From the NCBI RefSeq assembly GCF_006345805.1, contig NC_043021.1:18786001-18850000 (forward strand): DNA of 64,000 nucleotides, in the 5' to 3' direction. Below are positions 62,995-64,000 of this stretch, in pieces. Source of the DNA: Octopus sinensis (lineage: Eukaryota). The translations under genes were made by a program, and so were the position numbers. The notes beneath the pieces were generated by a model, which worked only from the letters and a program-made list of their open reading frames with translations, made no database searches and was not told where the DNA came from. Every line of letters starts with the position of its first letter. Positions within the stretch are counted from its first letter, which is position 1.

Positions 62995-63394
62995 ATAGGC
63001 GCAGGAGTGGCTGTGTGGTAAGTAGCTTGCTTACCAACCACATGGTTCTGGGTTCAGTCCCACTGCGTGGCACCTTGGGCAGGTGTCTTCTACTATAGCC
63101 TCGGGCCGACCAAAGCCTTGTGAGTGGATTTGGTAGACGGAAACTGAAAGAAGCCCGTCGTATATATGTATATATATATATATATATGTGCGTGTGTTTG
63201 TCCCCCTAGCTTTGCTTGACAACCGATGCTGGTGTGTTTACGTCCCCGTCACTTAGCGGTTCGGCAAAAGAGACCGATAGAATAAGTACTGGGCTTACAA
63301 AGAATAAGTTCTGGGATTGAGTTGCTCGATTAAAGGTGGTGCTCCAGCATGGCCGCAGTCAAATGACTGAAACAAGTAAAAGAGTAAAAGAGTA
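62995..63394 (+). mobile_element. SINE-A, full length
   Basis: Homology to the window's copies. Confidence 0.92.
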
Positions 63395-63399
63395 TATCT

Positions 63400-63800
63400 T
63401 CATCTAGCACCTTCTCCTATTTGCAGACATGACTTTTTTCATCCATTTCCATATCATGACAATCATCCCTTCTGCACTCCTTTCCACAACACAAATTCTT
63501 CCTTTCTCTCTAATGAAGTGATATGCCTGGAATGTTAGACTCCTCTTCTTTACAACATAACATTTATTCCACTCTTTTAAATCTACTTTGTATTATTATT
63601 AACATTGACCACATTACTAATAATTTCCTCAAAGTCTACTGTTTCGTTGAGTAACTCTGTAATTCTTCCCAAGAACCTGCTTGCCCCTCACTCTTATCTC
63701 CTCACATAAATGCTGCCCTCACATCCCACCTGGGATTTTCTAGTTTCACAAACTGCATGGCAACCTCACTAATGTTGATGACATGGAAAAAGCACCCTGG
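63400..63800 (-). mobile_element. Possible heavily decayed RTE pre-RT fragment
   Basis: Frameshifted LLNE.. and K.GEG.L-like traces only. Confidence 0.3.
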
Positions 63801-63920
63801 ACATGCTGTAAAACGATACGCATTAGTAAGGGCAAGTGTCTTCTACTATAGCTCCAGGTAACTGGATTTGGTAGATGGAAACTGAAAGAAGCCTACCATA
63901 TACATTCATTCATACATACA

Positions 63921-63952
<32 letters not shown>

Positions 63953-64000
63953 AACAAACATGGGTGTGTTTATATATATATATATTATACATGGGTGTGT

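Overview
This is eukaryotic genomic DNA: AT-rich, dense in microsatellites, and carrying tRNA-derived SINE families, RTE/CR1 LINEs and Tc1/mariner relics whose mix points to a cephalopod, most likely Octopus (inference). Only one convincing host coding segment is present: the first coding exon (C2 domain, 32186-32512, +) of a novel-class protein kinase C (PKC epsilon/eta, Aplysia Apl II type). It sits in a roughly 7.5-kb zone without recognisable TEs. No second exon was recognised in the remaining ~31 kb, which is therefore probably intron 1. The rest is repeat landscape: at least four SINE families, a 5'-truncated RTE LINE with a PHD-like finger in its ORF, a CR1-clade RT fragment inserted in a TTAGGG-like site with a 10-bp TSD, mariner, maT (DD37D) and Tc1 relics, piggyBac-type and other MITEs, three non-autonomous Helitron copies, a 31-bp and a 140-bp tandem array, and several local duplications. 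The most unexpected signal is a set of short AT-rich fold-back cassettes in (TA)n tracts, several carrying minimal type-I hammerhead ribozyme motifs of the Penelope/retrozyme style. Also notable are one tRNA-headed SINE with three different 3' tails swapped at the same junction, and a microhomology-flanked RT fragment patched into a mariner gene. No CRISPR, rRNA or bona fide tRNA genes were found. Repeat boundaries were read by eye and are approximate unless TSDs are quoted.
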